Origin: Octopus vulgaris
Taxonomy: Eukaryota
Length of the DNA stretch: 64,000 bases
Reading direction: 5' to 3'
Assembly (NCBI GenBank): GCA_951406725.2
Contig: OX597821.1
Span: 39,742,001-39,806,000, forward strand
Below the pieces are notes generated by a model. That model made no database searches. It was given only the letters and a program-made list of their open reading frames with translations, and was not told where the DNA came from. A program made the translations under genes and the position numbers. Shown here piece after piece: positions 52,863 to 64,000 of the stretch; the stretch's first letter is position 1; each line of letters begins with the position of its first letter.

Positions 52863-53045
52863 ACACACACATATATATAAACGACGGGCTTCTTTCAGTT
52901 TCTATCTACCAAGTCCACTCACACAGCTTTGGCTGGCCCAAGGCTATACTGGAAGACATTTACCCAAGGTGCCATGCAGTGAGAGTGAACCCGGAGCCAT
53001 ATGTTTGGGAAGCAAGCTACTTACCACACAGCCACTCCTGTGCCT
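52612..53045 (-). mobile_element. Full-length SINE family A
   Basis: Reverse-complement homology to 17988-18395. Confidence 0.88.
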
Positions 53046-53224
53046 ATAGATATATACATATTCGTTTTTTGGCTACCTTTGGGGATTCTTGTAGCAGAAC
53101 ATTAGTTGAAAAAAATATGCATCATTCACTGTGAAGCCCCTCAGAGTTACTGCCCTTGCTTCATCTATGATCATTCACACAAACAAACATAGTGACTAAT
53201 ATATACATGTTACACACATATGTA

Positions 53225-53267
<43 letters not shown>

Positions 53268-53289
53268 ATATATATGTATATATGTCTCA

Positions 53290-54062
53290 TTATCATCATC
53301 ATCATTTAACGTTCGTTTTCCATGCTGGCATGTGTTGAACAGTTTGACTGGGGACTGGCAAGCCAGGAGGCTGCACCAGGTTTCAATCTAATCTGTGCAA
53401 AGTTTCTACAGCTTGATGCCCTTCCTAATGCTAACCGCTCCCTGAGTGTAGCAGGTGCTTTTTACATGCCACCGGCATGGGAGCCAGTCAGACAGCACTG
53501 GCATTGGCCACATTTGAATGGTCCTTTTTATGTGCTACCAGCACAATCGGGGCAGTGGGTTTAGCATTGACCATGTTCAAATGGTCCTTTTTATGTGTCA
53601 CTGGCACAGGGAGCCAATCAGGTAGCACTGGCAATGAACCATGCATGAATAGTGCCAATTGCATGCTACCAGCACGAGAGCCAGTGAGGCAGCACTGGCA
53701 TCGGCCACAACTACAATTTCCATTTGATTGTGATTTGATTTTTAATTTTGATTTTGGTTTTACTTGGCTCAATAGATCTCCTCAAGCATGGTGTGCTGCC
53801 CGACTATTCACAGGTACTTTTTAAATGGGTTGGTTATGCATCACTGGTATTGGCTATGGCTGTCATCTCACTTTACTTGCTGGGTCTTCTCAATCACAGC
53901 ATATCTCTAGAGGTCTTTTGTCATTGCCTCTGTGAAGCCCAATGTTTGAAGGTCATACTTCACCACCTCATCCCATGTCTTCCTGGGTCTCCCTCATGCA
54001 CTGTTAGAGAGTGATACTTCTTCACACAGCTCTCCTCATCCATATGCACCACATGGCACAAA
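53290..54062 (-). mobile_element. 5'-truncated RTE LINE
   Basis: Homologous to 28810-29470; MDEESCVKK..GRHGMRW. Confidence 0.85.
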
Positions 54063-54065
54063 TGG

Positions 54066-54104
<39 letters not shown>

Positions 54105-54479
54105 CACATACACACATATATATATACACACTCACATATATACATATGGGCATATGTTTGTATTTACTGTCTCTATTTAGAGAAATTATTTGTATAGTTG
54201 CACAATGATTAAATTTATTTTTTTCTCTGGCTCTGTGTCTAATCTGGGTACCACACCATTTTCTTTCTGTTTTTTTTTTATCGTTTATACACCAGAAATG
54301 AATGTTATTCAAGCGCAGTGACAAAATAATCGTTAACTTGTATTTTATTTTGATTTCCACTAAAAAGACAGGTGGGACAGAAATAAATTTTAAACTAATA
54401 TCTACTCAAAATGAAAGCATAAATCTAATGGCCAAACTGCTGGCTATAAAATTGAACTCTGTAAAATATCCACATGCAT

Positions 54480-54784
54480 GCATATATACATGTGTATGTA
54501 TGTAGATATAAATATGTTTATATATATATATACATATATATATACACACACATATATATAATGATATATATGTACACATATATATATATACTACGTATGT
54601 ATATAAATATCTATATGTATACATACATATATCATTATAAATAAATATATACATTTATATATAAAATTTCTATATGTATACATACATATATCATTATATA
54701 TAAATATCTATACATATATATATATTATATTATATATATATACATACATATCTATGTATATATGCATGTATATGTATATGTGTA

Positions 54785-54819
<35 letters not shown>

Positions 54820-54848
54820 CTATGCATATATATATATGTATTTATCAA

Positions 54849-54898
<50 letters not shown>

Positions 54899-54939
54899 TA
54901 TATATATATATATAAACACATACATATATATATATACAT

Positions 54940-54979
<40 letters not shown>

Positions 54980-56080
54980 GCACATATATTACTACCAAAT
55001 TTTAGTTGTTATTGATTTAAGCGTTGTAAGAAGATGTATTTACAGTCGGAACAAAAGTAAACTGGTTTATAGTTTCACTGGGGAGTCCCCCCATATCATG
55101 GAAAATATGTGTGCTTGATTGCATTTCAATAAACAATATAACCAAGCTGACATTTATTATTCACAAATCAGTGAGCATATCACAAGTTGGATTTCTTAAC
55201 AAAATTCTTTAAAAATATCATGGGTTGGCGGAAGAGAGATAAAGAAACAGGCATACACATACATGCACCCATGCATACGCATACACATAAATGTATATAC
55301 ATTCTTGCGTGTATATAGACACAATGATCTTTTTTTTTTAATTTATAGGAATAAATATAAGTTGCTTAATATTTATTAGTTTTTTTCCTTGTTCATTTTT
55401 TTGTGTGTGTATTTCCCTCAGATTGTAATCAATATGGTTTCTGTTGTGTGGTGTGGTGTGTGTGTGTGTGTGTGTGTGCACGCACGTGTGTGTGATTTCA
55501 ATCAAAAAATACCACACACACTCATGCACACAAGCATACAGTCAAGCTCACTCACATACATACAGGCATATGTGTATACATATTTATGTATTTATATATA
55601 TGTATATATATATATATGCAGTATGTATATATATATATATATATATATATGCACATATATCTATATACACAGTCTCTCTCATATATAACCAATTTATATA
55701 TATTTTTATACATATATATATATATGTGCATATAAGTATATATAAATTGGTTATAAGTGACAGTGTGTATATGTGTGTGTGTATATATACATATACATAC
55801 ATGTATCTATATATATATATATATACATATATACATATATACATATATCTATATACACATGTATATATGTATATATATGTATATATATATATATACATAC
55901 ACATATAGATACATGTATACATAAATATTTATGTGTGTGTGTATGTATATATATGCAGTATGTACATATATATATATGTATATATGTATATACACCTGTA
56001 TATATATATATACATACACATATACACACTGTCTCTCTCATATATAACCAATTTGTATATTCTTATATACGCTTAGTTAT

Positions 56081-56111
<31 letters not shown>

Positions 56112-56300
56112 CAAACATGTATATATATATATATATAAATATATATATATGTATATATATATATATACACACACATATATATATGTATATATATACATAT
56201 ACATACGTACATACATACATACATACTGCATATATATATACACACATATAGATACATACATATACACACATATATGTATGTATGAGTGTATGTAGTGTAT
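54480..56300. repeat. Compound (TA)n/(TATG)n/(CA)n microsatellite region
   Basis: Seen directly; short unique blocks recur in direct and inverted orientation (55616-55700, 55745-55775, 55953-56055). Confidence 0.9.
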
Positions 56301-56984
56301 GGAGGATTCTTGACAGTTTGACACTTTGCTTAGTCTTCTGTATTTACTGCCTGGTTTGTTATTTTGTTAAAGCAGAGAAAGAAAATAACATCATTTGTTT
56401 TCTCTTTGCTCATCTTAAATAGGGTTAATCTTTCATTTCACTCTTGTGACTTTTACTTAGCTTTTGTTTCCAATTTTATTTATTTATTTCGTTTTATTCC
56501 TTTTGTTTTTTTCACTGGCTATTCTCTGTATCAATGACTTTTTAAGTAGTTTCTATAAAAATCTAGAGCTCTTCTGCCATAGAACAGACTTCTATTTCAA
56601 CTATTTTACAGCTAATCTATTTACTATTGTTGATGTTAAAATTTACAAAAAAAAAAAAAAAAAACTCTCATGGAATGTAAGGAAACAAATTTAAGAAATG
56701 ATTGAATTCAGTTTAATCAGGGGAAATCATATCTTTTAAAAGATTAATGTAAATGATTGTCTTTTTAAAAAAAAAACTACTTCTTTATTAGTTTGTTCTG
56801 TTTTTGATTACTTGCAACCATCATCACATTTTACAACTGCTGGTGGTGGTTGTGGTGGCGGTGACAGAGGTGGATTTTGGGTGTTGAAAGCAAGGAAAGT
56901 ATAATTAGGATTGTTAAAAGTTAAAATGCCATGGCAGTTTTCTCTCATTACATCTTCTCCTAATAGAGCAAGGCTTACATATTT

Positions 56985-57177
56985 ATTTATTTACTACCCA
57001 CAAGGGGCTAAACACAGAGGAGACAAACAAGGACCCCAGTGCATACCTGGTACTAAATTTATCGACCCCTTAAGGATAAAAGGCAAAATCGACCTCGGCG
57101 GAATTTGAACTCAGAACATAACGGCAGACGAAATACCGCTAAGCATTTTGCCTGGCGTTTCTGCCAGCTCACCGCCT
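56985..57177 (-). mobile_element. SINE family B
   Basis: Homologous to 35117-35342. Confidence 0.85.
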
Positions 57178-57767
57178 TACATAACCGCACATAGCCCTAC
57201 TCACCTATTCATACCTACAGATGTAGATTTTTTTCTTCTTGTTGGTCATCTTCGAGGACATGCACCTGTAAATTAGTTAACTGGGCACACAGGTGAGGGT
57301 AACTTCAAAGGCAGTGTGGGATGCCACTTATAATAATCGTTGTTGTTTAGCTCTGACCTAGGGTTAAAGGAGTTTCATCTATGACCCTTTCTGTCTTTCA
57401 CTAAGACATAAGTGTACCTAAGGTAATACTATCCATTGTGTTGCTCCATTTCAAGACAATAGTGTATGATTTGAGGCTAAGTTGCCTGCTGTGTCAAGCT
57501 GCTTCAATGACTATGTAGAGGCTACCTTGTTAGCTTATGGAATATCGATCATAACACATGAAGCAGTTGAGCACCCATTTGTGCCTACCTCTCAAAACCT
57601 TCATCATTTTGGTCATTGCATGTTCCTTACTGCTGTCTCATTTTAATTTCCAATACTGAAACATTTGTACATGCACTTCAAACAAAAACACACACACTTG
57701 AAAGTGCCTAATTAAAAATCACACAATTATCTATTTCATTAGATTTAGCTGTTATATCGGCCCAGCT

Positions 57768-57836
<69 letters not shown>

Positions 57837-57912
57837 ATACATATATATACACACACACACACATATATATATGTACATGTGTATGTATGTGTGTGTATGT
57901 ATGCATAGTATG

Positions 57913-58215
57913 TCATCATCATCATAATCATCATCATTTAATGTTTGTTGTCCATGCCAGCATTGGTTGGACAGTTTGACCAGAGCTCGTAAGCTGGAAG
58001 GCTGCACCAGACTCCAGTCTGATTTGGCATGGTTTTCTACAGCTGGATGCCCTTCCTAACACCAACTGCTCCGAGAATATGAGTGCTTTTATGTGCCACT
58101 GGTACAGGTGCCATTTGGGTGACACTGGTGTCTGCCATGACTGCAGTCTTGCTCAGCTTGATGAGTCTTCTTCTCAAGCACAACATAATGTCAAAGATCT
58201 TGCTCCTTGCCTCCA
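57913..58215 (-). mobile_element. RTE 3' UTR copy
   Basis: (CAT)n tail and ctacagctggatgcccttcctaa core. Confidence 0.8.
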
Positions 58216-58379
58216 TATAAATTTGCATAATACGGCAAAGATCTCCTTTCTTCAATTTGGTATTGTAGCCTACTATTCCACTATTTCCTACATCTTATTG
58301 AACAAACTATTAATATTTAGTAGAAAAATAACAAATATGACCAATGATGAAATTAACATTATCCTATCTGGTTGCAAAT

Positions 58380-58752
58380 GGAGAAAAAAAAGATGTTGAA
58401 TCAAAATTAGATTTAATACAAAATTGGATTCAATACATATGCATGTTTCAAATAACAATACAAATATGTAAGAAAAAATTATAATCATAGCAATTATAAT
58501 TAAAATTATGCATTGTCATTCTCATCAGTGTGAGGAATTGTTTGAAGAACATCAAAAAAGGTTTAATAAAATAAAATAAGATACAATAAGGGAGACGACA
58601 GATTGGGTAATAGGGACAAATTGGATATTTACAAGTTGTAAAAGTTGTAAATTACTATGATTATAATTATTTTCTTACATATTTGTATTGTCTTTGGAAA
58701 TTGAATCCAATTTTGTATTAAATCTAATTTTGATTAATCTTTTTTCCCTCCA
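58380..58752. repeat. Inverted repeat with ~115-bp arms
   Basis: aatcaaaattagatttaatacaaaattggattcaat / attgaatccaattttgtattaaatctaattttgatt. Confidence 0.88.
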
Positions 58753-58801
58753 TTTTTTAATACTTGTTTATGGTATAATTATACCTATAATGAAAATTTT
58801 C

Positions 58802-58840
<39 letters not shown>

Positions 58841-58925
58841 TTAGAGACAAAACCACTATTTTGCAAAACAAACAAGGAAAGACTTAATCAATACATAAAA
58901 TTTTAATAAAAAGTCAAAAAAACCG

Positions 58926-58968
58926 CCACTACAATTGTTTCTTGTCCTGATCGACAATCTTCAGGTGG
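58926..58968 (-). ncRNA. Intact minimal type I hammerhead ribozyme (Penelope-type)
   Basis: Reverse complement ccac CUGAAGA uuguc gaucag gacaa GAAA caauug UA gugg; all core nucleotides and three stems present. Confidence 0.85.
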
Positions 58969-58992
58969 ACTTCCAATTTTCAAGTCAGTTTC

Positions 58993-59041
<49 letters not shown>

Positions 59042-59392
59042 TTGCATGTATGTATGTATGTATGTATGTATGTATGTATGTATGTATGTATGTATGTATA
59101 TATGTATGTATGTATGTATCACCAAATTGTTCACAGTCACTATATATGCTATATGGCCCTGTTATCTGCTATAACAGCAGAAAGCAAAATCTGAAATATT
59201 ATGTGATAAGAAGAAGGAATGTCTAAATATTTTAGTCTTCTATGTTTCACTTAGTATGACAGTTGTCTTGTGCAATTTAATTTGAGTAAATTTGTATTTC
59301 TTTTAGTAGTGAAGTGGTAGATATATGTGGTTTAAGTTCTAATAATTTGGGGATATGTTTAGAGAAAAATATAACAAAATTGTTCATGGAAA

Positions 59393-59397
59393 CCATC

Positions 59398-59429
<32 letters not shown>

Positions 59430-59968
59430 CATCATCATCATGATTATCATCATGATCAGAACTGATTTTTGTCCTTCATCTGCCTAATTCTGGTCAAAAT
59501 ATGTGCCTACAGTAAATGTACCTGGAGTTTGACTCAACAAACTATACCCTTTTGCCTAATGCATAGAAATTAGACTTTGTATCTAATTAGAAAGCCAATA
59601 ATTATAATCCGTCATGTAATACTAAAACCATTTTACATGGTTCAAGTTTTGAAAATTCCTATGAACATTGAAAATGTTTTTCCATCTGTGGTTAGTTCTT
59701 ATTTTTGGCCATCATCAGAACTAGCACAATCATCACCAGTCGTCATCAGAATTTGTATTGCCCTCATTGTTGCCATTATAATTAGTATCATCATTATCGT
59801 AATCATCACCATCAATGTCATCAACATCATTGTCATCATCATCATTGCCATCATCATTGTCATTAGATTGGTATCATTATCATTATTATCATCATGGTCA
59901 TCGTCACCGTTGTTGTCATGGTCATCCTCACCCCCACCATCACCATCATCATCACCATCGTCGTCATC

Positions 59969-60006
<38 letters not shown>

Positions 60007-60072
60007 TATTATCAGTGTCATTATCGTCATCATCAGATTGGTATCATTATCTCATTATCATTATCATCATCG

Positions 60073-60129
<57 letters not shown>

Positions 60130-60185
60130 ACATCATCATCATCATCGTCATCATCATCATCGTCATCATCATCATCGTCATTTTT
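59393..60185. repeat. (CAT)n microsatellite region
   Basis: Seen directly. Confidence 0.95.
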
Positions 60186-60559
60186 ATTATTTCAGAAAGT
60201 TAGAAATTTCCATTTATCTTTATGCCACAATACTTCATCTTTGACAACATTTAGCTAAATTCTTAATTCCTATGATTTTTTTTATTTCATTTCCCCTTTC
60301 TATTTGTATTGCTTTTTTTTTATATTTAGTCATTTTGTTTTTTTTACTTTTACATTGATTTATTTTGTGTTTTGCCCCCCCCCCCAAAAAAAATAGAAAA
60401 GCAAAATGGAAAATATATTACTTCAAATTTGTAAATTTATGTTCCAAATTGATTGATTTATGTTGTAAATTGATTGATTTATGAGACTGTCATATCCTTC
60501 ATTTTGCAGTCAATTGAAAAATAACAATTTTCTTCTATTTTCTTCTATTTTAGTTTTAG

Positions 60560-61410
60560 GAAAAGGAATGGCTCTTTCATTCCTGTATTGTTGCTGGGTC
60601 TCTCTCGGCCTAACCTTAACTCTAATGCCATGGCTGTCACACCCAATCTAACTTCAACTATTACATGGACTTTTACTGTCTTTTCCCATAAAACCAAACT
60701 CTCAGCCTGAGAAGAAATAAATTAATTTTGTTTTTTTTGTTGCTTTTTGTATTCTATCTTTTTTTAAAATGAACAACAGCTAAAAATGCAAATAACCAAA
60801 ATTTCCACCACATCTAAACAAAAATTGAAAAATAAATTTGTGAAATTTTGCAAGTGCGGCAGGTACTTAGTGCCTTGGAGTCTAACATGGAATTAAAATC
60901 CAGACACTAAACATTGAATCTGAAGCAAAACAAAGTGGTTATTCTGTTTATATTTCTGCTTATATCAATAAAATAATTATAACGCCTTAAATTCTTTATT
61001 ATTATGTCTGAGAAGGAGAAAGGCAACGCTATTAAGATCTTTTGGAGCCACAGTAATTAATGGAATGGAAGAAAGGTGGAAGGAAAAAGACCCATTTCTC
61101 CTGCAATAAGAATGTAGTGGCAGATGCAAAAATATGAGGTTATCCTCAGATGAGAAACCTGTTCCTGAATACTTGTAACAGACAGATTTAGCTTCAGAAA
61201 ACTACCCAATGTCTTGGTGGTGAGGTTAAACTTGATGAATTAAATTTACAATAAATGGTTTTAGATAAAATATATTAAGACACTGGTGTCTGTGGATTTA
61301 TGTTTTGAATGTTTGCAATTGTTTGTAATTCTGAGGTTCAACTGGAAAATTGATAGAAATGAGAGTGGAACATTATTAAATATATCACAGCAGATCAGAA
61401 GAGAATTATA
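60560..61410 (+). pseudogene. Decayed L fragment (RdRp pre-motif A to motif A)
   Basis: VFSHKTKL; VRQVLSAL; FFIIMSEKEK; YPQM; TLVSVDL, in the expected order. Confidence 0.45.
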
Positions 61411-61539
61411 TAACATCATCATCATCATCATCATCATCATCTTAACACTCAGTTTTCCATGCTTGAGTGGGTCAAATGGAACTCACTGAGGGAGATTTCC
61501 TTGGATAGGATAATATTTCCTCTGCCACTGATGGAGGAA

Positions 61540-61813
61540 ATGACTGAGTCCATTTGGCATTATGTTGTGAGAAAAAGTCCAATTAAGCCAAGTAAAACTG
61601 TAATCAAGGCAGATCTGGTGTCATGCAAATGGCACCTGTGCCAGTGGCTCATAAGAGCGTCCATTACACTCTCAGAGGGGTTGGCATTTGGAAGGGCTTC
61701 CAGCTGTAGAAAACCATGCCAAATCAGACTGGAGTCTGGTGCAACCTTCCAGCTTGCCAGCCCTGGTCAAACCGTCCAACCCATGCCAGCACGGAGAGTG
61801 GACGTTAAATGAT

Positions 61814-61816
<3 letters not shown>
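61540..61816 (+). mobile_element. RTE 3' UTR copy
   Basis: ccgtccaacccatgccagcacggagagtggacgttaaatgatga. Confidence 0.8.
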
Positions 61817-61859
<43 letters not shown>

Positions 61860-62201
61860 CATATAATTGTGAAGGCACTGCTGGACTTCCATAAAACAAC
61901 CTTGCCCGGACTTGTGCCTTGGAGGATAATTTTCTAGATGCAATCCCATGGTCATTCATGACCGAAGGGGGTCTCCTCCTCCTCCACATATAATTGCCAA
62001 CTGAGTGTGGCATCCCACATGGGACAGTGCTACACGTGGTTGGCAATTATATGCTACAATTCCATATTATTACTGTTTACATCTTGATCAGAGATTTAAT
62101 ATAGCTGATTTCTCCTTTTCCAAGATCAGCAATGGTTCGGCGCTGGAAAAAGCATATAGTTTTCGCGAGTGGAATGAATTCTCATCTCTAGATGGTCATT
62201 A

Positions 62202-62248
62202 ACACACACTGATGATGGGTAACCATCCAGAAACTCGAGTCCGTGTGT
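62202..62248 (+). ncRNA. Minimal type I hammerhead ribozyme
   Basis: acacaca CUGAUGA ugg-guaaccau-cca GAAA cucgag UC cgugugu; palindromic stem III; one mismatch in stem I. Confidence 0.8.
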
Positions 62249-62462
62249 ATCATGTAAGGCTAGGGATGGGAGAGATGAATTCCCCTCACAAATACTAATC
62301 AAACGCTAAATGTGTGTCGTTAGCCAGCTGGAAGAGATGTCTTCCTGGAGCTATAAACATCAGCAGTACTGTCCTGTGTGGGATGCCACACTTGGTTGGT
62401 AATTATATGTTACGATTCAATATTGCTTCTGTTTACATCTCATTCAGAAATTTAATATAGCC

Positions 62463-62508
<46 letters not shown>

Positions 62509-62833
62509 TATATAATTTGAATAACATCTGCGTTCAACTCCATTTATTTACTTATACTATACAAATTACTGCACATTAACCTGGAGTTTCTACCTTTGAA
62601 TAGGTCGTTACATCCTTGTTACTTGCGTGAATTTTGCTACCCTGGTAACTGTTTATTGAATTTCCATGTTAACAGTAAACAAAGGATAATTCATTCATCC
62701 ATTTACATATATATATATATATATATATCACGTGACCGACCAGACCATCAGATGTTGCTACACATCGCTTGTCACAATGTGTTCGCATTGTTTTAGCCTT
62801 CGAATGACGCCACCCCGCTAGCTAAGCGAGCAA

Positions 62834-62871
<38 letters not shown>

Positions 62872-62879
62872 CTATTTAA

Positions 62880-63930
62880 ATTCTCACTGCTACTAACTTG
62901 GTCACCTAGATAACAGAAGCTATCAACTACCTCTAGCTTATCCCACTGACGGTTGATGGGGTCTATTTTCTGCACATTTTCAATGTTTATCATACCTGTG
63001 CATCTTCTACATACAAAGGCTAGTTTCTCTGTTAACCTTCCTCTGATATTGCTGCACTTCTTATGTATCCAAAGCTTTCACTGGGTACATCTTAGGAAGT
63101 TTGTACCTATGCCTTTTCTACAGATTGAGCAGGGCCATCTACTTGAAGGGATTTGGAATTTGTCTGCCTTCCTTCTTACTAAGACTTTAGTTTTTGCTAG
63201 GTTGATTCTAAGGCCCTTCAATTCTAGACCTTGCTTCTACTCCTGAAATTTCTTCTCCAGTTCTGGTAGTGATTCAGTTATACGAGCAAGGTTATCAGCA
63301 TAGAGGAGCTCCTAGGTGCAGCCTGTTTTAAATTGCTCTGATGAACAAGAGGGGGCTGAAGACTGATCCTTGGTGAACCCCTACTTCTACCCTGTACTCA
63401 TTGCCCACTCACCTTACTGGTAGTATCCATGTGCATAGCTTGTACCACTCATCTATCCCTATTTTCCAAACTGACCACCAGATAAGGGATCAGGGGACCC
63501 TGTCAAAGGCTTTCTCCAAGTCAACAAAAGCCAAGTACAGAGGTTTATCTTTAGCTAGGTATTTCTCCTGCAGTTGTCTTACCAGAAATACAGCATCAGT
63601 GGTGCTTCCCCTGGCACAAAACCAAACTGCATCTTGTCTAAACTATCTCTCTTCTTAATTAGGCTATGACTCTCTTCAATTTTCATTACCTGATATAACA
63701 ATTTGATACCTCTGTAATTATTCCTATCTAAGGCATTGCCTTTACCTATGTAGCAGCTGATTATGGTGCTGCTACACCAGTCATTGGGTATGATTCCTTC
63801 ATGAACCTCCTGATTTATAATTCGGGTGACCAGACCATAACCTACACAGCCAGATATTTTAAGCATCTCAGCAGTGATTCCTGATGGGCTGGGGGTTTTC
63901 TCTGTTGTCATATCCTTAATTGCTTTTCTA
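62880..63930 (-). mobile_element. RTE LINE reverse transcriptase fragment
   Basis: PSGITAEMLK..IPNDW..NYRGIKLL..QFGFVPG; AFVDLEKAFDRVP; HQGSVFSPLLF; LLYADNLA; stops and frameshifts. Confidence 0.92.
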
Positions 63931-64000
63931 CCAAGGTACAGTTTATTTGGGTAACTGGTCCCTGAACTGGGTCATATGTGTGTGTATGTGTGTATATATA

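Noticed and set aside
59577-60258. His/Ser/Ile-rich ORFs up to 208 aa
   Set aside because: Translations of a (CAT)n microsatellite, open in several frames

Overview
AT-rich, microsatellite-dense animal DNA. Its repeat families look like those of an octopod cephalopod (inferred). No host exon was recognised. The window holds tRNA-derived SINEs, RTE- and CR1-clade LINE fragments, mariner relics, solo LTRs, TTAA MITEs, and Penelope-like remnants with hammerhead ribozymes and long palindromes inside (TA)n tracts. The main result: much of the apparently unique DNA between these repeats translates, through stops and frameshifts, into decayed L polymerase genes of a non-segmented negative-strand RNA virus (Mononegavirales-like). 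About a dozen mutually diverged fragments lie on both strands, including one near-full-length copy at ~9.8-15.05 kb. These calls come from by-eye translation compared with remembered VSV and measles L motifs and need HMM confirmation.
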